Positions 18,107-28,544 are shown, counted from the stretch's first letter. The stretch is DNA of 64,000 nt from an uncultured delta proteobacterium (GCA_963706575.1 CAVPNL010000011.1:1-64000); one strand, 5' to 3'. The notes: generated by a model from the letters alone, not told the origin. Numbers and translations: made by a program.

Positions 18107-20785
18107 ATGAAAAAAGAAAAGACCATATATTTGATCGATGGCACCGCCTATATTCACCGGGCCTATCACGCCATCCGGGGATTATCCAATTCAAAGGGGC
18201 TTCCGACCAACGCAACATTCGGATTTACCCGCATGCTGCTAAAGCTCATTGAGGATCACAACCCCCAGTATGCCGGCATGTTTTTTGATGCCAGAGGCCC
18301 GACGTTCCGCCATGAAATGTACACAGAATACAAGGCCAACCGCCCTCCCATGCCGGACGATATGGCCGTTCAGATACCTTATATCAAAGAAATAACGGCT
18401 GCCTTTCAGTTCCCGATTATCGAAATGGAGGGATTTGAAGCCGATGATTTAATTGGAACTTACGCCCGCATTGCTGAAAAGAATGGGTATTCGGCTGTGA
18501 TGGTTACCGGTGACAAGGATTTTATCCAGCTGGTGACGGATGAGGTGATTATCTGGGATCCAATGAAGGATGTGACCATCGATGTGGGATTCGTAAAAAA
18601 ATCCTATGGCGTGGGGCCGCAACAGATGGTCGATGTCATGGGGCTTTCCGGCGATACGTCCGATAACGTGCCGGGCGTTCCCGGAATTGGTCCGAAAACA
18701 GCGCTTACGTTGATCCAGAAATATCAGAGCATGGCCAAGCTTTACGAAGCGGTTGATTCGATTACCAAGAAAAAGCAGCGCGAAAACCTGATCAATTATC
18801 AGGAGCAAGCCTTTTTGAGCCGTGATCTGGTCACTATTGACACACAGGTTCCGGTTGCTGATGATTTAGCCATTTTTGAAATCGGTTCGCCGAACAGCGG
18901 ACTGCTTTCAGAGCTTTTTAAAACCCTTGAATTTCGCCAATTGCAGCAAGCTGTTTCCGGGAAGGCCGATCTCAGTAATAAAGATTACCGGGCCGTTCTG
19001 GAAATGGACGAATTTACAAAGCTGATTGCCCGCCTGCAATCAGCTAACATATTTGCCATAGATACCGAGACGACATCCCAGAATCCAATGGCAGCCAGAT
19101 TGGTGGGTTTATCCTTTGCCCTGCAGGCCAACGAAGCGTTCTATATCCCCTGTGCGCATGACTATATCGGCGTTCCGCAACAGTTGCCCTTAGCCGAAGT
19201 CTTAAACCTGCTCAGGCCGGTTTTAGAAGATCCGTCCATTAAAAAGGTCGGGCAAAATATAAAATATGATTGGATTGTTCTGTCCCGTCACGGTGTAACA
19301 CTTGAGGGTGTGATTTTTGACACCATGGTGGCCTCCTATTTGCTGAATCCATCCAAAAGAGCCCACAATCTGGACCAGATTGCCCTGGATTTCCTGGGCC
19401 ATAAAACCATCCCCTTTCAGGAAGTCGCCGGTAAAGGCAAAAATGCGCTATCATTTAATCAGGTCCTTCTGGAAAAGGCCGTGCCATATGCCTGCGAGGA
19501 TGCCGACATCACGCTTATGGCTAAAGATGAACTGATGCCCCGGCTTAAAGAGATTGGGCTGAATGATTTGATGGAAAGCGTCGAGATGCCCCTGGTGCCG
19601 GTGTTAATGCGCATGGAAATGCAGGGCACCTGTGTCGATGTCGACCGTCTGCATGAGTTATCCAAATCGTTTGAACACCAGCTGGAAGCATTGGAAGCCA
19701 GCATTTATGGACTTGCCGGTGAAGAATTCAATATTAACTCATCCCAGCAGCTCGGGAATATACTGTTCAACAAGCTGCAGCTGCCGGTCTTGAAAAAAAC
19801 CAAAAAGAAGACCGGCTATTCGACTGATGTGGATGTTTTAACCCGGCTGGCCGAGGAACATGAAATCCCGGCACTCGTGTTAAAGTACCGCACCTTGGCA
19901 AAACTAAAATCCACTTATGCTGATGCCTTAATTGATCTGGTCAACCCGCAAACCGGACGGATTCATACCTCCTATAATCAGACCGTAACCGCCACCGGGC
20001 GGTTGAGCAGTTCGGATCCCAATTTGCAAAATATTCCGATTCGAAGCGATGAGGGCATGGAGATTCGCAGGGCCTTTGTGCCCCGTCAAGGCTGGAAGCT
20101 GGTTTCTGTGGATTATTCCCAGGTAGAACTTCGTGTTCTGGCACATTATTCAGATGATCAAATTTTGATAAAGGCGTTTCTGGAAAATGAGGATATCCAT
20201 ACGCGAACAGCTGCCGAGGTATTTCAGATACCGCCGTCATCGATAACAACGGATCTTAGGCGGCAGGCCAAGGCAATTAATTTCGGCATTATTTATGGAA
20301 TGAGTGCCTTCGGGCTTTCAAAGCAACTTGGCATCAGTCAAAAAATGGCCAAAACGTATATTGATAATTACTTTGCCAGATACAAAGGCGTAAAGCGCTT
20401 CATCGATCAAACGCTTGCGGAAGCCAATCGAACAAAAATGTCCAGCACACTTCTGGGACGCATACGCCTTTTGCCGGATATCGACAGCAGCAATCATAAT
20501 GTACAGCAGGCTGCCGAGCGGACTGCTGTCAACACGCCGATTCAGGGATCAGCAGCCGATCTCATCAAGCTGGCCATGATCAGGGTGGATCAGGCGATCA
20601 GAGATAGCAAGCTGGAAACGGCGATGCTGCTCAGCGTCCATGATGAGCTTGTTTTTGAAGTCCCGCCGCATGAACTTGATACCGTATCACCTCTGGTCAA
20701 AGATATTATGGAAGGTATCTGGGAACTTAAAGTGCCGCTTGTTGCAAACGTGGCGGTGGGCGATAACTGGACCGAAGCCCACTGA
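18107..20785 (+). CDS. polA: DNA polymerase I
   Basis: 5'-3' exonuclease (LIDG..EADD..GDTSDNVPGVPGIGPKTA), 3'-5' exonuclease (DTETT), polymerase (TGRLSSSDPNLQNIP, DYSQVELR, VHDELVFE). Confidence 0.98.
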   Translation: MKKEKTIYLIDGTAYIHRAYHAIRGLSNSKGLPTNATFGFTRMLLKLIEDHNPQYAGMFFDARGPTFRHEMYTEYKANRPPMPDDMAVQIPYIKEITAAFQFPIIEMEGFEADDLIGTYARIAEKNGYSAVMVTGDKDFIQLVTDEVIIWDPMKDVTIDVGFVKKSYGVGPQQMVDVMGLSGDTSDNVPGVPGIGPKTALTLIQKYQSMAKLYEAVDSITKKKQRENLINYQEQAFLSRDLVTIDTQVPVADDLAIFEIGSPNSGLLSELFKTLEFRQLQQAVSGKADLSNKDYRAVLEMDEFTKLIARLQSANIFAIDTETTSQNPMAARLVGLSFALQANEAFYIPCAHDYIGVPQQLPLAEVLNLLRPVLEDPSIKKVGQNIKYDWIVLSRHGVTLEGVIFDTMVASYLLNPSKRAHNLDQIALDFLGHKTIPFQEVAGKGKNALSFNQVLLEKAVPYACEDADITLMAKDELMPRLKEIGLNDLMESVEMPLVPVLMRMEMQGTCVDVDRLHELSKSFEHQLEALEASIYGLAGEEFNINSSQQLGNILFNKLQLPVLKKTKKKTGYSTDVDVLTRLAEEHEIPALVLKYRTLAKLKSTYADALIDLVNPQTGRIHTSYNQTVTATGRLSSSDPNLQNIPIRSDEGMEIRRAFVPRQGWKLVSVDYSQVELRVLAHYSDDQILIKAFLENEDIHTRTAAEVFQIPPSSITTDLRRQAKAINFGIIYGMSAFGLSKQLGISQKMAKTYIDNYFARYKGVKRFIDQTLAEANRTKMSSTLLGRIRLLPDIDSSNHNVQQAAERTAVNTPIQGSAADLIKLAMIRVDQAIRDSKLETAMLLSVHDELVFEVPPHELDTVSPLVKDIMEGIWELKVPLVANVAVGDNWTEAH

Positions 20786-20811
20786 GTTAAATCCCTTGGC
20801 CCCGTTTCGCA

Positions 20812-20991
20812 TTACTCTTTTTTTTCAGGCGATACCGGTGAATCGGATGCGCCTTTGGCGGTGTCATGAACCGTTTGGTAAATGGTTTTAAAAAAGTCAG
20901 GAAAACTAGCCGGCGATACCCGACCGCCTTCAATGAATTTTACCACAATTTCTTTGGTCGCTCTTAAAATCTGTTCTTCCATAGAGGCCAT
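20812..20991 (-). CDS. Small conserved hypothetical protein
   Basis: AAGGAG RBS; MASMEEQILRATKEIVVKFIEGGRVSPASF. Confidence 0.7.
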   Translation of the reverse strand: MASMEEQILRATKEIVVKFIEGGRVSPASFPDFFKTIYQTVHDTAKGASDSPVSPEKKE

Positions 20992-21285
20992 TTGGTCTGT
21001 CTCCTTCTTATGCCCTGAAGCTTGCCCCGCTTTGCAGGATGAAGCCTCAAATTTTATAATACAAAGGGGCTCCTCATGAAAATTAATGAGAACCTGAATA
21101 TTTTTCAAAATATTCACGCGGTGTCAAGGGTCATTCCGTCTGTGAGAAAATGAACCGCTATTTTTGAGATCGGTTTTAGACCGATTGACATTGCAGGGAT
21201 AATTATTCTAAAATTGACGACTTTGTTTCTTGAACCTATCAGAGATCGAATGCAATGAAGAGCTGGATTCCATATTAACAGGGGA

Positions 21286-22284
21286 GTGTTGAAACAAACC
21301 ATGATAATACCGGGTTTAAAATTGATCCTCAAATGGATGTTTTTTCTCATGTGGTTCCTCTGGTTTACGGGTATTCAATTTATCTGTGTCAGTTGTTCCA
21401 CCAGCTATACCGAAACCGTGGATAAAACCCAAAAAACTGTAGCCAAGACCACCAAGAAATTTACCCGCAAAATCAGATTTTCCGATGATGATCTCCAGAG
21501 GATGGCCGCCGTTATCGGTTTTGAAAATAAATCATTGTATCACTCGCAAGATTTTACCCTCCTGTTTCGAAAAGGAATCCCGGAATACCTGAATAATGAA
21601 TGCGATGACGTTACCGTCGCAAATTCGAATGACGGCGAAGATTTAAAAGGTTTCAAGAAATTGCCGATGCTGCCATCCGGCGAAGTCGATAATTTTACCC
21701 TGGTGATCATTGGCCGAGAGCTTGGGTTAAATGCGGTTATCACCGGCAGCCTGGACGATATCAGTATGCTGGATGAACTGCGGGGTATGGTTTGGAAAGA
21801 TACTCATCATTTGATCCAGATATTGGTCAGCGTTGAGGTTTATGATACCGAGACCGGCGCCAAAATTCTTAACCAGAGCTTTAGCCATAAAGTTGAAGTC
21901 GAAGAACTGGATTACGACTTAATGCAGTCGGAAGGCAAAATGATATTGCCGGATATGAATGAAACCTTAAGCGATCTTATACGGGAAATGGGCGAAACCA
22001 TTTGCTGGGCGATCGAGGATCAACCCTGGAACGGCTTTATCATTGCTGTTGATGGAGATAAAATTATCCTTTCTTCCGGAAGCCGGTCGGGCCTGGAGCC
22101 TGGGGATGAATTTGAGGTTTTTGATACCAGCCGAATTTTTGAAGGCCGAAATGGCCAGCGGTTCTTCTACCACGGGCAAAAAACCGGTGAGATTAGAATT
22201 GTCGATGTTGAACCCAATAATGCCCAGGCCGTCATCGTTTCCGATAAGGGGATAAAAAAGGGTAATTCGCTGCGGGTTAAATAA
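21286..22284 (+). CDS. Putative lipoprotein with CsgG/FlgT-like domains
   Basis: Hydrophobic leader ending VSC; C-terminal GFIIAVDGDKIILSSGSRSGLEPGDEFEV resembles the FlgT C-domain. Confidence 0.55.
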   Translation: MLKQTMIIPGLKLILKWMFFLMWFLWFTGIQFICVSCSTSYTETVDKTQKTVAKTTKKFTRKIRFSDDDLQRMAAVIGFENKSLYHSQDFTLLFRKGIPEYLNNECDDVTVANSNDGEDLKGFKKLPMLPSGEVDNFTLVIIGRELGLNAVITGSLDDISMLDELRGMVWKDTHHLIQILVSVEVYDTETGAKILNQSFSHKVEVEELDYDLMQSEGKMILPDMNETLSDLIREMGETICWAIEDQPWNGFIIAVDGDKIILSSGSRSGLEPGDEFEVFDTSRIFEGRNGQRFFYHGQKTGEIRIVDVEPNNAQAVIVSDKGIKKGNSLRVK

Positions 22285-22288
22285 ATCC

Positions 22289-22421
22289 TTAAAGTGACTA
22301 AAGTGAACTAAAGTGAGCTAAAGTGCCTAAAGTTATGGTGTCGCTTCGCTCAATCTTTTATAAAAATGATAGAATTCCGAAACTTTAGTCACTTTAGGCA
22401 TTTTAGGCACTTTAGGCACTC
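22289..22421. repeat. Family C palindromic element (CTAAAGTG arms, conserved core)
   Basis: (CTAAAGTGA/GC)n - core - (CACTTTAG)n; same core at 45491 and 47017. Confidence 0.85.
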
Positions 22422-23393
22422 TCATTCTTTGACCTGCAAAGATTCCTTATACACCTCAATCCGCTGCAGGACTTCGGTTTCTGTAGAAATGTGATTGATC
22501 GATTTGCGAAATTGGCTGCTGTTGCGAAGCCCTTTGGCAAACCAGCACAAACGGCTGCGCATCATCCTGCATGCGATTTCCTCACCGAAGTATTTCACGG
22601 ATTCCTGCACATACCGATTCATCATTTCAAAGCGGTTTTCCAGAGCGACTGCCGGTTCCGCTTCACCCCGCATGCGAGCCAGTACATGAGAAAAAATCCA
22701 TGGATTGCCAATGGCCATCCTGCCGATCATCACCGCATCACATCGGGTTTGTTTCAGCATGGCGATCGCGTCGTCCGCGCAGAATATATCGCCGTTGCCG
22801 ATCACCGGAACGTTAACCTGCTTTTTTAGTTTTGCAATGATGGCCCAGTCGGAGTGACCGCTAAACCCCTGCTTGGCGGTTCGCGGGTGGATGGTAATGG
22901 CATCGACACCACAGGATTCAGCGATTTGTGAAATTTCGAAAGCCTGGTTGCCCGTTGGATTCCAGCCGGTTCTTAATTTAATGGTCAATGGGATTCGGAC
23001 CACTTTCCGAACCGCCTTGATGACCGCTTCCGCGGTCTCGGGCGTTTTCATCAGCGCCGCCCCGGAACCGGTTTTGATAATTTTTCTAACCGAGCAACCA
23101 AAATTAATGTCGATGATATCTGCGCCGGAGGACTCAACAAACCTGGCGGCCTCGGCCATAACATCCGGTTGCGAACCGAATAGCTGCACGGATAGCGGCT
23201 TTTCTTGCGGCAGACTGTCCAGCATCTGTTGGGTTCTTTTTGATCTGTTGATCAGGCCATGGGCGCTGATCATTTCCGAACAGACCAGGGCACAGCCGGC
23301 TTCCTTCGCAAGCAGTCGAAAGGGCAAATTGGTTATCCCGGCCAAAGGAGCCAAAATGGTTTTATTTTTTAAAGTTACGGACCCGATATTCAT
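22422..23393 (-). CDS. dusB: tRNA-dihydrouridine synthase
   Basis: LAPLAGIT, DINFGC, GSGAALM, HPRT, GNGDI, VMIGR. Confidence 0.9.
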   Translation of the reverse strand: MNIGSVTLKNKTILAPLAGITNLPFRLLAKEAGCALVCSEMISAHGLINRSKRTQQMLDSLPQEKPLSVQLFGSQPDVMAEAARFVESSGADIIDINFGCSVRKIIKTGSGAALMKTPETAEAVIKAVRKVVRIPLTIKLRTGWNPTGNQAFEISQIAESCGVDAITIHPRTAKQGFSGHSDWAIIAKLKKQVNVPVIGNGDIFCADDAIAMLKQTRCDAVMIGRMAIGNPWIFSHVLARMRGEAEPAVALENRFEMMNRYVQESVKYFGEEIACRMMRSRLCWFAKGLRNSSQFRKSINHISTETEVLQRIEVYKESLQVKE

Positions 23394-23439
23394 AAAATAT
23401 GTTGATTGTTAGTAGTTGCCTGTTTTCGATACTGGTTAT

Positions 23440-23560
23440 TTATCCGCAGATTACGCAGATTTCCGCAGATTTAGTCAATTCGTTAACTGCTTGAATAGTC
23501 AATTAGATAGAGGATTCACTCCATTTCAAAACGATTTAACGAATCAACCATTTGACCGAT
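23440..23560. repeat. 9-mer CGCAGATT array plus 8-mer GTCAATT/ATTTGAC palindromic element
   Basis: atccgcaga ttacgcaga tttccgcaga; agtcaatt cgttaact gcttgaat agtcaatt ... acgattta acgaatca accatttg acc. Confidence 0.6.
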
Positions 23561-23630
23561 CTCTATTAATTTTATGCACATTGTAATAACATCAATCGAG
23601 ACATTGGACAACAAAGACTGGATATCCGGG

Positions 23631-24506
23631 TCATCTGAGAGTGGGGTTCGCGTAACAGAATAAGCAATTGTGGTAACAGGGGTGCTGATGGTAGGAGCCA
23701 ATATCTACAGATACTTTGCAGCCGCATCCTTTTTGAATACGCTGGCCGGTGTCTTTCTTTAAAGCAAGGTTTCCTCCGAAGAGTTCCACAAGCAGTTCAC
23801 TGGGAATACATGCGCTTTGCGTGACGGATGTGTTTGCGGGCAGTGCATTCAAAACATCTTTTTCGCAGCAAAGCTTCAATTTTATATTGGCGGAAGCGAG
23901 AACCTTCTCCAGTTTAAGAATAATTTGTTTTTTTATTTTCAGAGGTGGATCGTAAAAAGAAAAATCTGGCAAGGCGGCAAGGCGTTTTTCAATTTTGGGA
24001 TAGAAATCCATAAAGCTGGTGATACACCATTTAATTCCAAGCTGAGTTGCCTTTTCGACAATGCGGTCCAGGTCGCTGAGGTTATCCTGAATAATACTGT
24101 TATGAGTCTTGAAGAAACAGATGGGGTCAAAACGCCAGTTAATGGCCCGGGATCCAAATTGGTCGCAGAGCTGTTTAAGCTGGCCCAAACGAATATCCAG
24201 GGGGGGCACATGCGGCTCAAGCCGAGGAGATTCCGAATTGATGGTAAAGTTGAAAAAAAGATTGTAGCCGGCCTTTTGCAGCTTTTCTCCACAGTGTTCT
24301 TTTAAAAACAGGCCGAAGTCTTTGGACCAAAAAACAATTGTGTGCACGTGGGCCGGGGTTGCGGGGATCTTCCGGGTTTGCCGATTGTATGGATTGACAA
24401 CTTCAAAAAAATCGCTTTTGATCCGGTTCATGAACCAGGACATGTAAAAGGCAGGAATATCGGTACGCCTGGAGGCCGAGATGACGATTTTAGGGGGAGG
24501 GTTCAA
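23631..24506 (-). CDS. DUF1848 family protein
   Basis: IVISASRRTDIPAFY, VFWSK, WRFDPI, R..CGC..SVDIGSY..C.HNCLFCYAN. Confidence 0.9.
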   Translation of the reverse strand: MNPPPKIVISASRRTDIPAFYMSWFMNRIKSDFFEVVNPYNRQTRKIPATPAHVHTIVFWSKDFGLFLKEHCGEKLQKAGYNLFFNFTINSESPRLEPHVPPLDIRLGQLKQLCDQFGSRAINWRFDPICFFKTHNSIIQDNLSDLDRIVEKATQLGIKWCITSFMDFYPKIEKRLAALPDFSFYDPPLKIKKQIILKLEKVLASANIKLKLCCEKDVLNALPANTSVTQSACIPSELLVELFGGNLALKKDTGQRIQKGCGCKVSVDIGSYHQHPCYHNCLFCYANPTLR

Positions 24507-24662
24507 AGGTTCAACGTTCAGAGGTTCAAAGTTTTAGGGTTATTAAAGATTTGTTGGATTGGTTTTATTTGTTTTATTGGTTGAGTTGGTTGATATAAAC
24601 CGAACCACTTGAACGAATTAAACCAATCGAACCAATTAAACAGATGTAACACCTGACACCTA
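24500..24662. repeat. Family A/B nested element (GGTTCA 7-mers, 9-mer arms, CTGACAC tail)
   Basis: gttcaaaggttcaacgttcagaggttcaaa ... ttggttttatt ... aaccaatcgaaccaatt ... acctgacacc. Confidence 0.85.
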
Positions 24663-24664
24663 AG

Positions 24665-25012
24665 TTATCTTCGTTTAAGATCCTCCAACGATATCACTTT
24701 AGCGCCTTTATCGTTTTGTCCGGTTTCGTCTTCTTTGTTTATTTCCGTGTCTTCCCGCAAATCAGATGTTTCCGGTTCATCCGGGCTCTCAACTTTTTCC
24801 AGCCGCATCTTTTTGCTGTTCATCGTAAACTCGGTGCCGCTGATATACACATCTCTCAGGATCCAGGTAACCACCTGCAGCGGAATCTGTAATAGAAGCA
24901 GCTTGACGTGATACCAGTTTTTTTTTGAGTCAGGCAGGATGCTTTCAATCCGCGCATATGCAAGAGGCTTTTCCTCAAAATAGATCAGTACTAAATCGTT
25001 TTCCACAGCCAT
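24665..25012 (-). CDS. Conserved hypothetical protein
   Basis: 115-aa ORF, DLVLIYFEEKPLAYARIESI..KVISLEDLKRR. Confidence 0.7.
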   Translation of the reverse strand: MAVENDLVLIYFEEKPLAYARIESILPDSKKNWYHVKLLLLQIPLQVVTWILRDVYISGTEFTMNSKKMRLEKVESPDEPETSDLREDTEINKEDETGQNDKGAKVISLEDLKRR

Positions 25013-25029
25013 TCGGGGTATCCTAACAG

Positions 25030-25130
25030 GGGTTTAAAGGTTCAGGGTTCAACGTTCAAAGGTTCAGGATCAAAGGCCAAAAGGCCTGTTTTATTCGTTT
25101 GATTGGTTCAATTTCAACCAATTGAACAAG
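25030..25130. repeat. Family A/B element, short
   Basis: GGTTCA 7-mers, AAAGGCCAAAAGGCCTGTT linker, short 9-mer arms. Confidence 0.75.
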
Positions 25131-25161
25131 ATATTAATTTACCCGACGGTTGTCCTTAATT

Positions 25162-25875
25162 TTACGGAATGGATGTCCGCGTTCCGATACTGAGATCATG
25201 CAGCGGAATCAAAATATCTGCCATTGCCTTAATTTTTTGGATGGAATCATAAGCCTCGGTCAGATCGATGTGCACACCGGGTGCAATTGCGGGTCCGGTC
25301 GAGGGGAAGTTTTTATCGTTGCAGCAAAAACCGGTGATAACGGCGCAGCCTGCGGAGGTGTTGACAGCCACCGACTGCCCCCCGACCGTATGTCCCGGTG
25401 ATAGAATGACATCGATGCCATCGGTAATACGTGCGTCACCGTCGACTTCGACCACCTGAACATCATCGAGGATGTCCGGATAATAGCGGTGGTCAACCGG
25501 ATGGGGGTTTTGCAAAAATTCATGTTCAACTTTCTGAACATAAACCTCGGCATTGGTGCACTTATAATCATTTTCACAGTGATCATTGTGCAGATGCGTA
25601 TGGATGATGATGTCGATATCCTCGGGCTTCAGATTCAATGTATCCAATGCCGCCTCAAATTCCAGTATTTTAAATCCGCATTCTTTTTCCGCACCTTCAG
25701 GCACCATAAATTGCTCCAGGCCGGTATCGACTAAAATATGCTTGTCCCCACCTTTTAGATAAAAAACATAGATCGGAAGGTAAATGCGCTTGCCGTAATC
25801 CCGCAGATAGGTCATGACCCCTTGATCCGTTTCATTTATACCGACGACCAACGGGTGAATGGTGTATTCTTGCAT
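25162..25875 (-). CDS. N-acyl-homoserine lactonase-like metallo-beta-lactamase
   Basis: LVDTG, THLHNDHC (HxHxDH), PGHTVGGQ, IPLHD. Confidence 0.85.
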   Translation of the reverse strand: MQEYTIHPLVVGINETDQGVMTYLRDYGKRIYLPIYVFYLKGGDKHILVDTGLEQFMVPEGAEKECGFKILEFEAALDTLNLKPEDIDIIIHTHLHNDHCENDYKCTNAEVYVQKVEHEFLQNPHPVDHRYYPDILDDVQVVEVDGDARITDGIDVILSPGHTVGGQSVAVNTSAGCAVITGFCCNDKNFPSTGPAIAPGVHIDLTEAYDSIQKIKAMADILIPLHDLSIGTRTSIP

Positions 25876-26042
25876 TTTATCCTTCTATCCTCACTTTGCA
25901 AAAATTTGAAACGCTCATTTTAGGTTGAGGCAATCGTACCCCTGAATGGTCCTGAATAAAGGATTTTCGGCCTGTGATCAAGGAAAAAACGAATATGCAT
26001 GTCACCCAGGCACCTTTGGTAAGAATTCAGATGTCATTTATT

Positions 26043-26071
26043 TTGACTTTTAAGAAAAACAGCCATATAAT
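26043..26071 (+). promoter_or_regulatory. Sigma70 promoter
   Basis: TTGACT-17-TATAAT upstream of the TPR gene. Confidence 0.7.
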
Positions 26072-26107
26072 ACAATAAATTTCCATACTTACATAGAGGA
26101 GAACCTG

Positions 26108-26593
26108 ATGAAATCAAAGCCGGCGATCTTAATATATTTCAGCTGCCTGTTTGCCACAGCGCTCGTTTTTGGTCTTTCGAGTGCCGTGCTGGCCCAGGAA
26201 AAAACCACCACCAAAAGCCAGACCGCAAGAAAACCGGTAAAAAAGGATGCAAATTTTTGGTTTAACAAAGGCGCCCTGCTTTCCACCTACGGCAACCACA
26301 AGGCCGCTGTTCAGTATTTTCAGAAAGCCATCTCGCTGGATCCAAATTTCAGTAAGGCCTATTTCTCCCAGGGCGTATCTTACGGCCAGCTGGGCCAGTA
26401 TCCCAAGGCCATCGCGCAAATTAACATGGCCCTTAAGATGGAGCCGCAAAACGGCATGTATTATTACGGCAGAGGGCGGGTCTATCTGTTATGGGGCGAC
26501 AAAGCCAAAGCCATGGATGATTTTAAACAGGCAGCCGAACTCGGCGATGAAGATGCCCTGAACTACCTGGATTATATTGGCGAAGGCAAATAG
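26108..26593 (+). CDS. Secreted TPR protein
   Basis: Signal peptide, three TPRs; GAGGAG RBS. Confidence 0.85.
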   Translation: MKSKPAILIYFSCLFATALVFGLSSAVLAQEKTTTKSQTARKPVKKDANFWFNKGALLSTYGNHKAAVQYFQKAISLDPNFSKAYFSQGVSYGQLGQYPKAIAQINMALKMEPQNGMYYYGRGRVYLLWGDKAKAMDDFKQAAELGDEDALNYLDYIGEGK

Positions 26594-26808
26594 AACCCAT
26601 CTCAAAAATAGCGATTTATCTTCGAAGACAGAGAAAAAAGATCCGAAGTTGCTCTAAAGTTAGAAGTGCCTAAAATGACGAATCCACCAAAATTCGAGGT
26701 GGACAAGAGTGATCTAAAGAGTTTGGCCTCACGCAAAGACGCCAAGACGCCAAGGGATTTTTTATTATTTAAATTATCATTCTTCGCGACTTTGCGGCTT
26801 TGCGTGAG
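26591..26808. repeat. Composite repeat: solo TIR-like end, family C units and an ACGCAAAG/CTTTGCGT palindrome
   Basis: TAGAACCCATCTCAAAAATAGC; ctaaagttagaagtgcctaaaatg; ctcacgcaaagacgccaagacgccaag ... cttcgcgactttgcggctttgcgtgag (26728-26808). Confidence 0.7.
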
Positions 26809-26892
26809 CAATTATGCTAAAATGGATTGATTCCGCTTTTCAATTTTAGGTATTGAGGTATTTTTTGCCGATTGTATGAAAAGGAGACAACG

Positions 26893-27930
26893 ATGGGATT
26901 ACACAAATGCAATTGCATGTTCGTTCCGCCGCGGGTTCTGGAAAATCTGGCAAAGGTTGGAGTTGAAAAAGCGAGGCTGAGCATCCAGCAGAGCAAAATC
27001 AGCCGCGCCAAGCGGGCAGACAAGCTGGTCGACATGAAAGCTTTCATCGGGACCAAATCCAAACGCACACCCAGGCGCAAGGTCTATGATTGCCAGAATT
27101 CATGGGAACAGCGGGTCAAACTGGTCAGGGACGAAGGCAAACCGGCGACCGGCGATAAGGACGCGGACCTGGTTTACAAATATGCCGGCAACGTGCGTGA
27201 TTATTTTAAAAAGGTGCTGCAGCGTAATTCCATTGATAACAGCGGAATGGACTTGATCCTCAATGTGCATTTCGGCGAGGAGTACATGAATGCATTCTGG
27301 GACGGGGATGAAATGACCTTTGGTGACGGCGACGGTGAGGTTTTTACCAGTTTTACCCAGTCGCTGGATGTGGTGGCCCATGAGCTGGCGCATGGTGTGA
27401 CGCAGTTTACCGCCGACCTCGAGTATTTCAGCCAGTCCGGCGCGTTGAACGAGCATTTTTCAGATGTTTTCGGCAGTGCCATCACCCAGTACGTTTTAAA
27501 ACAGGACGCCGGTCAGGCGGACTGGCTGGTCGGCAACGAAATTATGGGACCGTCGCTATATGGAGAAGCGCTGCGATCCATGCAGGCGCCGGGCATGGCC
27601 TACGATAACAATCTTCTCGGAAAAGACCCCCAGCCGGCTCACATGAACGATTACTATGCGGGCAATGACGACAACCAGGGGGTTCATATTAACAGCGGCA
27701 TACCCAACCGGGCTTTCTATTTGGTATCGATGGAAATCGGAACCGATAAAGCGGCGCTGATATGGTATGATGCGCTTCAGAAACTGTGGTCCACTGCGAA
27801 ATTTAATGATGCCGTGGAAGTCATTGTTGAATCGGCGCGAATCCTGACCAAACAAAAACAGGTGCCCGTCGGTTCGACCCAGCGGGTGAGGGCGGCTTTT
27901 CGGGAGGTGGGGTTGCCACATGTCACCTGA
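26893..27930 (+). CDS. Protealysin-like M4 (thermolysin family) metalloprotease
   Basis: Short propeptide with C.FVPP, NAFWDG, HELAHG, GALNEHFSD, GVHINSGIPN; AAGGAG RBS. Confidence 0.93.
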   Translation: MGLHKCNCMFVPPRVLENLAKVGVEKARLSIQQSKISRAKRADKLVDMKAFIGTKSKRTPRRKVYDCQNSWEQRVKLVRDEGKPATGDKDADLVYKYAGNVRDYFKKVLQRNSIDNSGMDLILNVHFGEEYMNAFWDGDEMTFGDGDGEVFTSFTQSLDVVAHELAHGVTQFTADLEYFSQSGALNEHFSDVFGSAITQYVLKQDAGQADWLVGNEIMGPSLYGEALRSMQAPGMAYDNNLLGKDPQPAHMNDYYAGNDDNQGVHINSGIPNRAFYLVSMEIGTDKAALIWYDALQKLWSTAKFNDAVEVIVESARILTKQKQVPVGSTQRVRAAFREVGLPHVT

Positions 27931-27939
27931 ACCTTTATT

Positions 27940-28088
27940 CGGTTCAAGGTTCAGGGTTCAAGGTTAAAAAAAGGCGAATAGGCTGAAAGGCTGACAAGCC
28001 AGGAGGCCAGAAAGCGTTGAGGCTCGCCAGCTATAGAGCCTTCAAGCATTCCAGCTTCCCAGCTTTCAAGCTTATGACCTATGAACCG
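27940..28088. repeat. Family E/B nested element (AGGCTGGA-type 8-mer arms inside GGTTCA 7-mers)
   Basis: Reverse-complement relative of 46163-46332. Confidence 0.75.
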
Positions 28089-28102
28089 AAGGAGAAAGTG
28101 TT

Positions 28103-28417
28103 ATGCGAATTGATTATCAGTGTTCCGGCGGATTTGGAGGCTTGCGCCTGGCCTATAAGGGTGAAACCGATGCGCTGCCGGATGACGAAGCCAAAATGTT
28201 GCTGGATTTAATCGAAACGGCAAATGTTTTTGAGCTAGACCCGAATCAAGTCTCACAGAAAACCAGAAACATCCCGGACGATTTTACCTGCCGCCTCACC
28301 CTGTCGATGGCCGGAAGGAAGAAAACATTATCCTTCAACGAACTGGGTGCGCCTGAAACACTGCGTCGTTTGTCGGCTCATTTGCGAAAGCTTGCCATTA
28401 AAAAGCAGAGCGATTAA
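28103..28417 (+). CDS. Emfourin-like M4 protease inhibitor
   Basis: SGGFGGL motif and D.F...LT; about 104 aa; follows a protealysin-like gene as established for this pair. Confidence 0.85.
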   Translation: MRIDYQCSGGFGGLRLAYKGETDALPDDEAKMLLDLIETANVFELDPNQVSQKTRNIPDDFTCRLTLSMAGRKKTLSFNELGAPETLRRLSAHLRKLAIKKQSD

Positions 28418-28544
28418 TTTCTAACTCCCACCCCTTTTTTATTTCAGACAAAATTCTCAAAGCTATGTTATACTGTTCATATGGCGTTATTTCAAACTGG
28501 TTAACTTCAGGAGATGGAGTGCGAACGAATTCCGGGAAAAAAGA

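Noticed and set aside
23516..23630. Helical peptide resembling a four-helix-bundle C-terminus (KLIEIGQMVDSL)
   Set aside because: Better explained as translation through one arm of an 8-mer palindromic repeat.
21157..26612. Composite transposon bounded by the two 22-bp TIR-like sequences
   Set aside because: The ends face away from each other, the enclosed genes include housekeeping dusB, and there is no transposase.
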